From an uncultured Ruminococcus sp. (GTDB taxonomy: Bacteria; Bacillota; Clostridia; Oscillospirales; CAG-272), in assembly GCA_902782785.1 (NCBI GenBank), contig CACZOH010000130.1:1-32209 (forward strand): a stretch of 32,209 bases of DNA, read 5' to 3'. A program made the position numbers and the translations under genes. Positions 17,191 through 24,054 of the stretch are shown here, piece after piece. The notes beneath the pieces were generated by a model. That model worked only from the letters and a program-made list of their open reading frames with translations. It was not told the origin of the DNA and did no database searches. The first letter of the stretch is position 1. Each line of letters starts with the position of its first letter.

Positions 17191-17729
17191 ATCCTGTAAC
17201 CCTCCTTTTTAAGGTGATCCGCTAATTTGCGTCTTATACGGAGAAGCCTTACGGAAACGGCATTTTCTTTCATGCCCGTGATCATTGATATTTCGGCTAA
17301 CGTATCGCCGTAATAATATCTGCGCATGAATAAGATCCTGTCTGATTTCTTAAGCGACTTCAAAAACCCGTTTACGGCAAACGACAAGCCGTCGTTATCC
17401 GCACTTTGATCCGCTATCACCTCCGACAGCTCCGCGTCAAGCGAAACGGTTACCGCGTTTCTCTTTTCGGCGGTGTTGTATCTGTATTTCTGCATTGCGA
17501 TATTGCGCGCGGTACCGCAGGCGTACGCACAGATATTGTCGGGCTTGTTCGGCGGTATGCTGTTCCAAACGGAAAGATACGCGTCGTTTACACATTCCTC
17601 CGCGTCCTGTTCGTTTTTCAGCACGTTCATCGCGGCGGCTTTCATTTTGTCGCCGCACAGCTCAGAAAGCGCTTTTATCGCGCTCTCGTCGCGGTCCGTG
17701 AACAGCTTGACTATCTTTTCGTTTTCCAT
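17187..17729 (-). CDS. ECF-type (sigma-70 family) RNA polymerase sigma factor
   Basis: Region 2-like DAEECVNDAYLSVWNSIPP and region 4 HTH LAEISMITGMKENAVSVRLLRIRRKL. I place the start at ATG 17729 (MENEKIVKLF, SD GGAGAT) rather than the track's upstream start at 17795. Confidence 0.85.
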   Translation of the reverse strand: MENEKIVKLFTDRDESAIKALSELCGDKMKAAAMNVLKNEQDAEECVNDAYLSVWNSIPPNKPDNICAYACGTARNIAMQKYRYNTAEKRNAVTVSLDAELSEVIADQSADNDGLSFAVNGFLKSLKKSDRILFMRRYYYGDTLAEISMITGMKENAVSVRLLRIRRKLADHLKKEGYRI

Positions 17730-17800
17730 TTCGGGTATCTCCGTATTTCGTCCTTCACCTATATAGTGATATTCCGCGCCCTGAATATTACACAAGATAC

Positions 17801-17828
17801 AAAAAAGCCTTTCTGAAAGGCTTTTTTG
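17801..17828 (-). terminator. Intrinsic terminator downstream of the lipid kinase gene (A/T-flanked, potentially bidirectional)
   Basis: AAAAAAGCCTTTCTGAAAGGCTTTTTT lies immediately after the stop at 17831. Confidence 0.8.
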
Positions 17829-17830
17829 TA

Positions 17831-18694
17831 TCAGAAGAGGAAGTTTACGGCTCCTTTGATCATACTGATTTCAACTTTTTCACACGGCTCTATCTCGCCG
17901 TCCGCACAGATGCTCGTCATACCGCTTACGGTGAGACCTCTGACCTGTCTGTACGTCATTATATCCTTGAACTTTTCTATTATATCCCTTGTTTCCTCGT
18001 CTATATGCAAGCCCTTTTTATATTTTCCTATAATGGACGGGATCTCGCCGCGTTTGACCTTTTTGACAAGCACCACGTCTATCAGGCCGTCGTTTATTCG
18101 CGCCAGAGGCGCCGGTTTGAAGCCGCCGCCGTAATACTGTCCGTTTGCCGCGACGCAAAGCATATAGTTATCGTTAAAGCGCTCCGTTTCACCGTTCTCA
18201 TACTCAAGAGTTATATCGAGCATAAGACCGTAATCCTTGAAGACGGTATCGACTACGCCGCAGATATATGCGAAGCTGCCGGAAATAAGCGGCTTTTTCT
18301 TTAATTCCTCCGTCTTTTTTACCACGGTGCAGTCAAATCCGATATTCAGTATATTTATAAAATATCTGTCGTTGTATTTGATAACGTCGCATTTGACCGG
18401 ATTTTCCTCTCTGTCGTCGTATTTGAGAAAATCGTTGCCCGTTCCAACGCCTACGGCGGATAAAAGCGCCGTATCGGAGGCTCCCGCGCGCATTATGCCG
18501 TTCACCGCTTCGTTTATCGAGCCGTCGCCGCCGCAGATTATAAAATGCGTTTCCGGCTCCTTCAAAAGCGTTTCATACACGAATTTTTCAACGTCACCTA
18601 CGGCTTTGCTTACGTAATATCTTGAATCTTCGCTTATCTCGTTTATCGCCTTGCCCTGTCCGGCGACAGGATTAATGACTTTGACGGTTTTCAT
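17831..18694 (-). CDS. YegS/DgkB-family lipid (diacylglycerol) kinase
   Basis: Motifs CGGDGSINEAVNGI and VGVGTGNDF are typical of the DAGK catalytic domain. Length is 287 aa. Confidence 0.85.
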   Translation of the reverse strand: MKTVKVINPVAGQGKAINEISEDSRYYVSKAVGDVEKFVYETLLKEPETHFIICGGDGSINEAVNGIMRAGASDTALLSAVGVGTGNDFLKYDDREENPVKCDVIKYNDRYFINILNIGFDCTVVKKTEELKKKPLISGSFAYICGVVDTVFKDYGLMLDITLEYENGETERFNDNYMLCVAANGQYYGGGFKPAPLARINDGLIDVVLVKKVKRGEIPSIIGKYKKGLHIDEETRDIIEKFKDIMTYRQVRGLTVSGMTSICADGEIEPCEKVEISMIKGAVNFLF

Positions 18695-18709
18695 CTGATT
18701 TCTCTCCGA

Positions 18710-20224
18710 TCATTTGATTATTCTGTCCAACAAGTCCTCGTTATAAGTTATGACGACCGAATTATAAATGTCTTCCGCCTTGGTGTTGAATTCCGCGTCG
18801 CGCAGCTCTGTCTCGCAGTTGTAATGCCACAATTCCTCGCCGAAACCTTCAAAATACATGACATGATAACCGAAATCCGTCTTTACGATATCCGTATCTC
18901 CGACCTTTCTTTCGGGATCGAAGCACCAGTCGTTGAATTCTTCCACCATATAACCGGGCGCAACCTTCTCGTAAAGACCGCCGTTTGATTTTGATCCAGA
19001 GTCTGAGGTGTACTGCTCTACAAGGCTTATGAACTCGGCTTTGGGATCTGTCGCTTTGTTTATCTGCTCAAGCAGCTTCTGTGCCTGCGCGTATGCTTTC
19101 TCCTCTGTCTCGTAATCCGTGGAGTTGAGCAGGATGTGCCTTACGTCTATGGTCTTTTCCGTGTTCTTATATGGCGTCTTCACGCAGCGGATAACGTACG
19201 CGTTGCCCGCGGTATCGTAGTAAATGCTTATCTGTCCCTCGCGAGCGTCGCTCTTATACAGAAATCCGTATTTTTCCTCGCTCGTGTATTCCATACCCTC
19301 GTACAGGAAATCATCGTCCGTTTTCTTATTCGATACCGTCTCTCCGCTTTCGTTCGTCTCGGCTTCCGCCGCCTCGTCGGGATATATGGTGTAATAAGCT
19401 TCCGCAAAGCTCTTGCCTTCGTTTAAGAGCTGTTCCATCCTGCCGGCTTTTTCCTTCGCATCGGCTTTTGCCGCCTCAGCCTGCTCTTCCGTATCCGTCT
19501 CATCGTACAGAGCAGTTATGCACGCCTCGTAATAATCGACAAGCGAGTATTTGCCCTCGGAGTTCTTATACGTTTCTTCTATCTGTTCCTCGGTAAAAAC
19601 GGGTCCTTCATACAGTTTGAGATAGTATTTATATCCGAGCTGAGTGAGCTCCGTCGCGGCTTTCATACGCTCGCGCGTCATACCCTCACCCATATATTCT
19701 TCCATATATTCTTCAAAGGTCATTGAATAGTCGTCGGCTATTTTCTGTATCTGATCAAGATTGTCGTTTATTTTTTTATAATCGTCTTCGTCAAGCGACA
19801 TCCCCTCTTTTATCGCCATTTCCGCAAATTTGGCGTACTGCTCGAACGCGGATTTGCCTCTTTCAAGGAAAAATCCGTACCACGTTCCCTCCTCCTCGCT
19901 TCCGAGATAATCCTGATCGTGAAGCGGAACGTTCAGATCGAGTCCGTAATATGAAAGATACGAATAGTAATTCGAAACGAACGAAGAATACTGATCCATA
20001 AAGAAATATTTGAACAGGGATACCGGTATCTGCTGATTCTCCGTCGTCGCTATTATGCTGTCAAGCGGCGCAATCTCCATATCGGAATGGGGGTATACGG
20101 CGTCCGTGACGGTACCGGTATCACTGTCGCCGGTGTCGGTTCCCGTCGGATTGATTATGACGCTGCAGGAGGCCGTGCTTAAAACAACAGCCAAAGCGAT
20201 TAAGACAATTATTGTTTTTTTCAT
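18710..20224 (-). CDS. PrsA-like parvulin-type peptidyl-prolyl isomerase lipoprotein
   Basis: Signal peptide plus Cys (MKKTIIVLIALAVVLSTASC) and a T/D/G-rich linker. The C-terminal PpiC/rotamase domain reads IDVRHILL...SNGGLYEKVAPGYMVEEFNDW...DFGYHVMYFEG. Confidence 0.8.
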   Translation of the reverse strand: MKKTIIVLIALAVVLSTASCSVIINPTGTDTGDSDTGTVTDAVYPHSDMEIAPLDSIIATTENQQIPVSLFKYFFMDQYSSFVSNYYSYLSYYGLDLNVPLHDQDYLGSEEEGTWYGFFLERGKSAFEQYAKFAEMAIKEGMSLDEDDYKKINDNLDQIQKIADDYSMTFEEYMEEYMGEGMTRERMKAATELTQLGYKYYLKLYEGPVFTEEQIEETYKNSEGKYSLVDYYEACITALYDETDTEEQAEAAKADAKEKAGRMEQLLNEGKSFAEAYYTIYPDEAAEAETNESGETVSNKKTDDDFLYEGMEYTSEEKYGFLYKSDAREGQISIYYDTAGNAYVIRCVKTPYKNTEKTIDVRHILLNSTDYETEEKAYAQAQKLLEQINKATDPKAEFISLVEQYTSDSGSKSNGGLYEKVAPGYMVEEFNDWCFDPERKVGDTDIVKTDFGYHVMYFEGFGEELWHYNCETELRDAEFNTKAEDIYNSVVITYNEDLLDRIIK

Positions 20225-20269
20225 TAAAAGAAATCCTTTCTTCCGGATTATGATCGGTAAAACAATAAT

Positions 20270-20298
20270 ATTATAGCATAAAAATTCGGTTTATGCAA
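20270..20298 (-). promoter_or_regulatory. Putative sigma-A promoter for the prsA-like/lipid-kinase operon
   Basis: Minus strand reads TTGCAT-17 nt-TATAAT with a TGC extended -10 element. Confidence 0.45.
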
Positions 20299-20307
20299 TA
20301 TTATTAT

Positions 20308-20336
20308 TTGAACATTGTAAACAATATTTTTAAAAC
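20308..20336 (+). promoter_or_regulatory. Possible promoter for spoVB
   Basis: TTGAAC-17 nt-TAAAAC. In Bacillus, spoVB is sporulation-sigma dependent, so a sigma-A-like assignment here is uncertain. Confidence 0.3.
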
Positions 20337-20354
20337 ACAATACGGTAAAACGAT

Positions 20355-21908
20355 TTGAAATTAGTAAAACAGTTTATCATAAACGGGCTTATACTGACGG
20401 TCACGTCTGTCACGATGAGGCTGATGACCGTTTTTTTCAACGTATACATAACGGATAAAATAGGCGCGGCGGGCGTCGGTCTTTTCACGCTCGTTATGTC
20501 CGTATATTCATTCGCGGTAACGTTCGCCACGTCGGGCGTATCGCTTTCCGCGACGCGTCTCGTATCGCAGGAGATAGTCCGCGGCTCCGGCAGAGGCGTC
20601 GTTATTGCGATGAGAAGATGCATAATCTACGCTCTGATATTCGGCGTATCCGCCATGGTCCTTCTTCTGATATTTGCGGAGCCTGTCGCCTGCAGATGGC
20701 TCGGCGACGTGCGGACGCTCAAATCTCTGAAAATACTGTCCTTCAGCCTTCCACCGCTTTCGGTATCCGCGGCTTTATCAGGTTATTTTTCAGCGGTCCG
20801 GCGCGTTGTGAAAAACGCGGTGACGAACATTCTGGAGCAGTTCATTCGGATCTTCTTCACTGCCATGCTTCTGGTTTTAGTGTCAGACAAGGGCATAGAA
20901 TCAGCCTCCGCCGCGATAGTTACGGGGATAGTGCTGTCCGAAACGCTTGCGTTTATCGTTTCGTTTATCCTTTACCTTCTTGATAAAAAGCATATAAGGG
21001 ATCTGACCGCGCCCGCAAAGTCGGATATCACCGCGCGGCTCATAAAAATGGCGGTACCGATAGCCGTAAGCTCGTACATAAGATCCGCACTCGTCACGCT
21101 TGAGCATATACTCATACCGAAGGGACTCATAAAAAACGGTGCGACGTCAGAGCAGGCGCTTTCCTCATACGGCGTGATATCGGGCATGGTCTTTCCGGTC
21201 ATCTTTTTCCCCATGGCGTTTTTGACCGCCTTCACGGGGCTTCTCGTCCCGGAGGTGACGAGATACAAAGAAACGGAAAGCACAGGATCCATAGAGTACG
21301 TTACGGGAAGGATAATGAAAATAACGATAGTGTTCTCCGTCGCCGTCGCAGGCGTTTTCGCATACTATTCCGATACGCTCGGAATGCTTCTGTACGACAG
21401 TGCGGAGGCAGGAAAGTACATAAGGATATTTGCGTATCTCATACCCGTGATGTATATAGACAACACGACGGACGCGATACTGAAGGGGCTTGGAGAACAG
21501 TTCGCGTCTATGAGATATAATATTATCGACGCGCTCGTATCCGTTATACTCGTTTTCTTCCTTTTGCCGCCGTTCGGGATAAAAGGATACGTCATAGTCG
21601 TTTACGTTTGCGAGATACTGAACGCGGCGCTGAGCGTGATAAAGCTGTTCAGATGCGTAAAGCCGAAATTCAGGGTATTCTCCCTGATCTTTTTACCGAC
21701 GCTTTGCATGATAGGCGCGGCGTGCCTGACAAAGCTGACGACAAAGATGCTGAACGTTAACTATGATATGATGATCCTGACGCTCTCTGTCGGTTTTGCG
21801 GTGCTTATTGTGTTCTATATACTCCTTCTTCGGTGCTTCGGATGTATTTCCGACGATGATAAACGCTGGTTTTTGCAGATATTTTCGAAAAAAAGAAAAA
21901 AAATCTGA
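20355..21908 (+). CDS. spoVB: Stage V sporulation protein B / MOP-superfamily (MurJ-like) flippase
   Basis: The N-terminus KLVKQFIINGLILTVTSVTMRLMTVFFNVYITDKIGAAGVGLF resembles SpoVB N-termini. The protein is polytopic (about 14 TM) and 517 aa long. The start is TTG with no good SD, so the start site is uncertain. Confidence 0.78.
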   Translation: MKLVKQFIINGLILTVTSVTMRLMTVFFNVYITDKIGAAGVGLFTLVMSVYSFAVTFATSGVSLSATRLVSQEIVRGSGRGVVIAMRRCIIYALIFGVSAMVLLLIFAEPVACRWLGDVRTLKSLKILSFSLPPLSVSAALSGYFSAVRRVVKNAVTNILEQFIRIFFTAMLLVLVSDKGIESASAAIVTGIVLSETLAFIVSFILYLLDKKHIRDLTAPAKSDITARLIKMAVPIAVSSYIRSALVTLEHILIPKGLIKNGATSEQALSSYGVISGMVFPVIFFPMAFLTAFTGLLVPEVTRYKETESTGSIEYVTGRIMKITIVFSVAVAGVFAYYSDTLGMLLYDSAEAGKYIRIFAYLIPVMYIDNTTDAILKGLGEQFASMRYNIIDALVSVILVFFLLPPFGIKGYVIVVYVCEILNAALSVIKLFRCVKPKFRVFSLIFLPTLCMIGAACLTKLTTKMLNVNYDMMILTLSVGFAVLIVFYILLLRCFGCISDDDKRWFLQIFSKKRKKI

Positions 21909-21927
21909 TTTTTTTCTCAAAAACCTC

Positions 21928-21956
21928 TTGATTTTTTTGTCAATATGTGATATACT
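21928..21956 (+). promoter_or_regulatory. Putative promoter of tRNA-Glu
   Basis: TTGATT-17 nt-TATACT with a TGA extended -10 element, 12 nt upstream of the tRNA 5' end. Confidence 0.5.
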
Positions 21957-21968
21957 ACGTAAGCACTC

Positions 21969-22040
21969 GGCCCGTTGGTCAAGCGGTCAAGACGCTAGCC
22001 TCTCACGCTGGAAACGGGAGTTCGATTCTCCCACGGGTCA
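21969..22040 (+). tRNA. tRNA-Glu (anticodon CUC)
   Basis: The hand-folded cloverleaf has acceptor GGCCCGT/ACGGGTC, a 3-bp D stem, anticodon stem CTAGC/GCTGG, loop CT-CTC-AC, a 4-nt variable loop and T arm GGGAG-TTCGATT-CTCCC. No CCA is encoded. Confidence 0.9.
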
Positions 22041-22042
22041 TA

Positions 22043-22067
22043 AAAGCACGCTTCGGTGTGCTTTTTG
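22043..22067 (+). terminator. Intrinsic terminator after tRNA-Glu
   Basis: AAAGCACGC-TTCG-GTGTGCTTTTT. Confidence 0.75.
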
Positions 22068-22182
22068 ATTTCTGTTCTGAAATCCGGACAGGTTAAATTC
22101 GGTTTTTGCCATACGCAGAAAATGAGTCTCAACCGTGTAGTTATCCGATTTATTTAAATATAAAAAAATTACATAAAATGAC

Positions 22183-22210
22183 TTGACAAATCGGAATAAT
22201 GTGATAAAAT
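22183..22210 (+). promoter_or_regulatory. Putative promoter of tRNA-Val
   Basis: TTGACA-16 nt-TAAAAT with a TGA extended -10 element, 13 nt upstream of the tRNA 5' end. Confidence 0.55.
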
Positions 22211-22223
22211 ATATAACACACAC

Positions 22224-22297
22224 GGAGGCGTAGCTCAGTTGGTCAGAGCGTTCGGTTCACATCCGAGAGGTCAAGGGTTCGAGCCCCCTCGTCTCCA
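22224..22297 (+). tRNA. tRNA-Val (anticodon CAC)
   Basis: The cloverleaf has acceptor GGAGGCG/CGTCTCC (one G-U pair), D arm GCTC-AGTTGGTCA-GAGC, anticodon stem TTCGG/CCGAG, loop TT-CAC-AT and T arm AAGGG-TTCGAGC-CCCCT. The T stem has one A-C mismatch at 50-64. No CCA is encoded. Confidence 0.85.
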
Positions 22298-22300
22298 TAA

Positions 22301-22327
22301 CAAAAGGGACGCCAAAGGCGTCCTTTT
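22301..22327 (+). terminator. Intrinsic terminator after tRNA-Val
   Basis: AAAAGGGACGCC-AAA-GGCGTCCTTTT. Confidence 0.75.
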
Positions 22328-22344
22328 GTCATAGAGTAACCACA

Positions 22345-22358
22345 TGGAGGGGCTCGAA
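22345..22358 (-). other. Inverted, degenerate fragment of a tRNA 3' end (T-loop plus a shortened acceptor arm)
   Basis: TGGAGGGGCTCGAA is the reverse complement of TTCGAGCCCCTCCA. That sequence equals the tRNA-Val 3' end TTCGAGCCCCCTCGTCTCCA with 6 nt missing. Confidence 0.5.
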
Positions 22359-22363
22359 GCAGT

Positions 22364-22391
22364 AAAAAAAATGATCCGGTGGATCATTTTT
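22364..22391. other. A/T-flanked hairpin (terminator-like, orientation ambiguous)
   Basis: AAAAAAA-ATGATCC-GGT-GGATCAT-TTTT. Confidence 0.5.
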
Positions 22392-22405
22392 GAACGGTGA
22401 CCGAA

Positions 22406-22458
22406 GAATTTTGCGAAGCAAAAGGAAAGAAATCTGCACAAATTGCTTCGCAAAATTC
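22406..22458. repeat. Perfect 16-bp inverted repeat with a 21-nt loop
   Basis: GAATTTTGCGAAGCAA ...21 nt... TTGCTTCGCAAAATTC. No U-tract follows, so it is not a classical terminator. Confidence 0.7.
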
Positions 22459-22463
22459 AAGAA

Positions 22464-22514
22464 GAGCCCCCCTCGTCTCCATAAATAAAAGGACGCCAAC
22501 AGCGTCCTTTTTTA
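22464..22514 (+). repeat. Direct duplicate of the tRNA-Val 3' end plus its terminator (att-like repeat)
   Basis: GAGCCCCCCTCGTCTCCATAAATAAAAGGACGCCAACAGCGTCCTTTTTT is compared with 22281-22327, GAGCCCCCTCGTCTCCATAACAAAAGGGACGCCAAAGGCGTCCTTTT. The match is about 50 nt with a few substitutions and indels. Confidence 0.8.
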
Positions 22515-22520
22515 TTATGG

Positions 22521-22551
22521 TATAAAAGGACCGCCGTTTTTCCGGCGGTCC
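22521..22551 (-). terminator. Intrinsic terminator of the GH20-GNAT/LUD/lipase operon
   Basis: A 9-bp GC-rich stem, GGACCGCCG / CGGCGGTCC, followed on the minus strand by TTTTATA. It lies 16 nt past the stop at 22567. Confidence 0.65.
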
Positions 22552-22566
22552 CTCTCATACGGAATA

Positions 22567-24036
22567 TTACAGCATCATCATAAGCGCGTTATACATAATG
22601 GGCATATGCTCCGACGCTACCGCCATAGCCTGCGTCGTATCGGAAAACTTGTTCAGCATCAGAACTATGGGATACAGGTCGCTTTCGGGCTGTATTGCGG
22701 CAAGCTTTGACATATCTGGCGTTTGAGAGTTCAGGATAGTGCAGAGATAATTCATCACCTCGAAAACCGTCATTCCGTCGTCCGAAAGACCCGCCGCCGT
22801 GAGAGAATGTTTATCCTCATAATACGATTTTATCGTCGGCGCGATATTGGAAAGGTTTGACAGCGCCGTTATGACCTCGCTCGGCTTTGTAAACGTCTTG
22901 AGCTTGATATCCGTTCCCGCGCGCTTGTAGCCGTGTTCCTCAAGCGGAACGTGCGTGACGGCGTCGTTCGGGTTCAGGTAGTTGAAAATGTTTTTATATT
23001 CGACCTTTGCCGCGTCGCCGCGTACCGTGCCGGGCGTTGCGAACGTATAGACGTATATGTTTTTACTGTCGTAGATCCCGTCAAGAAGCACTCCGAGCAG
23101 ATTGGAGACAGCGGCGCCTCTGCTGTGTCCGCATACTATGATATACGCGTTTTTGTCCGCTTCAAGTATGCTTTTCACGTTTCTGTATACGTCCTCGGCA
23201 GCGAGCTTGAAGTTTTCCGCGTACTGCGTATCGTTATTGTGCGACGGAGCGAAATCAAAGTTTGAATACCATTCGCCGCCGCTTGTGCCGCGTATGACTA
23301 TAGCGTACATATTTTTACCGTTGTATTTGCCTCTGCCGACGGTATACGCGCTCGTATGCGATTTATCGCTTGAGGGCTTATTGTAGTTCTTTGCAAGAAG
23401 CAGTTCAAAGCCCGCGTTCACGAGGTTCTGCCCGTTTGCGGTCTCGTTTCCGCCCGTGCAAAGCTCAAGAAGCTCTCTTGCGAATTTATGCGATACCGTA
23501 TCAGACTTTGCGGGAACGGACAGCGTTACGGTCGTCGTTTCGTCGATCTCCTCCGTCTCCGTTTCAGTCTCCGGAGCTTTATCAGTTACGGTTTCCGTCT
23601 CTTTCTCAGTTTCCGGAGCCTTTGTAGTCTCAGGCGCGGTCTCCTTTTCCTTTGTCGTCTCCGCTTCTTTTGTCGTTTCGGGCGCCTTTGTCGTTTCCTC
23701 TTCCTTCGTAGTCTCGGGCGCTTTTGTCGTTTCCTCTTCCTTCGTCGTTTCGGGCGTCTTTTCGGTTTCCGTCTCCGTCACGGGTTCTGTCTCCGTTTCC
23801 GTTTCGGGTTCCGTTTCCGTTACGGAGACTGTTTCGCCCTCCGTTTCCGTGTCGGTGCCGACCTCCGTTTCAGTGCCGGCGCCGGCAGTCGTTTCCGTGG
23901 CTTTCGTATCTTCTTTTGTATCAGTCGTTATGATATCCGTCGTATCATTTTCCGTCGTCGTTTCGACGGGAGCCGCCGTACAACCGCAAAGCAGAACCGC
24001 CGTCAATAATACAGATATAAACGCTTTTAACTTCAT
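22567..24036 (-). CDS. Secreted class-3 lipase-like alpha/beta hydrolase lipoprotein with a long Thr/Glu/Lys/Pro-rich repeat linker
   Basis: Lipobox MKLKAFISVLLTAVLLCGC. The low-complexity region is about 150 aa (ETTKEEETTKAPETTKEEETTKAPETTKEAETTKEKE...). Nucleophile elbow IIVCGHSRGAAVSNLLG. SD AAGGAGAGAG. Confidence 0.85.
   Translation of the reverse strand: MKLKAFISVLLTAVLLCGCTAAPVETTTENDTTDIITTDTKEDTKATETTAGAGTETEVGTDTETEGETVSVTETEPETETETEPVTETETEKTPETTKEEETTKAPETTKEEETTKAPETTKEAETTKEKETAPETTKAPETEKETETVTDKAPETETETEEIDETTTVTLSVPAKSDTVSHKFARELLELCTGGNETANGQNLVNAGFELLLAKNYNKPSSDKSHTSAYTVGRGKYNGKNMYAIVIRGTSGGEWYSNFDFAPSHNNDTQYAENFKLAAEDVYRNVKSILEADKNAYIIVCGHSRGAAVSNLLGVLLDGIYDSKNIYVYTFATPGTVRGDAAKVEYKNIFNYLNPNDAVTHVPLEEHGYKRAGTDIKLKTFTKPSEVITALSNLSNIAPTIKSYYEDKHSLTAAGLSDDGMTVFEVMNYLCTILNSQTPDMSKLAAIQPESDLYPIVLMLNKFSDTTQAMAVASEHMPIMYNALMMML
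23679..23770. repeat. About 2.5 tandem copies of a 36-nt coding repeat inside the lipase linker
   Basis: CGGGCGCCTTTGTCGTTTCCTCTTCCTTCGTAGTCT / CGGGCGCTTTTGTCGTTTCCTCTTCCTTCGTCGTTT / a partial third copy. The unit encodes ETTKEEETTKAP. Confidence 0.7.
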
Positions 24037-24054
24037 ATTCTCTCTCCTTTTTTA

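Noticed and set aside
21880-21925. A/T-only palindromic stretch after spoVB (GAAAAAAAATCTGATTTTTTTC) as a terminator
   Set aside because: The stem would consist almost entirely of A-U pairs with no GC clamp, so it is unlikely to form a stable terminator hairpin.
22038-22453. Small minus-strand ORFs (22038..22223, 22271..22453) in the tRNA region, and an 18-codon plus ORF starting at 22345
   Set aside because: They overlap tRNA genes, terminators or hairpins, have no SD and have implausible composition. The structure here is better explained as RNA genes plus repeats.
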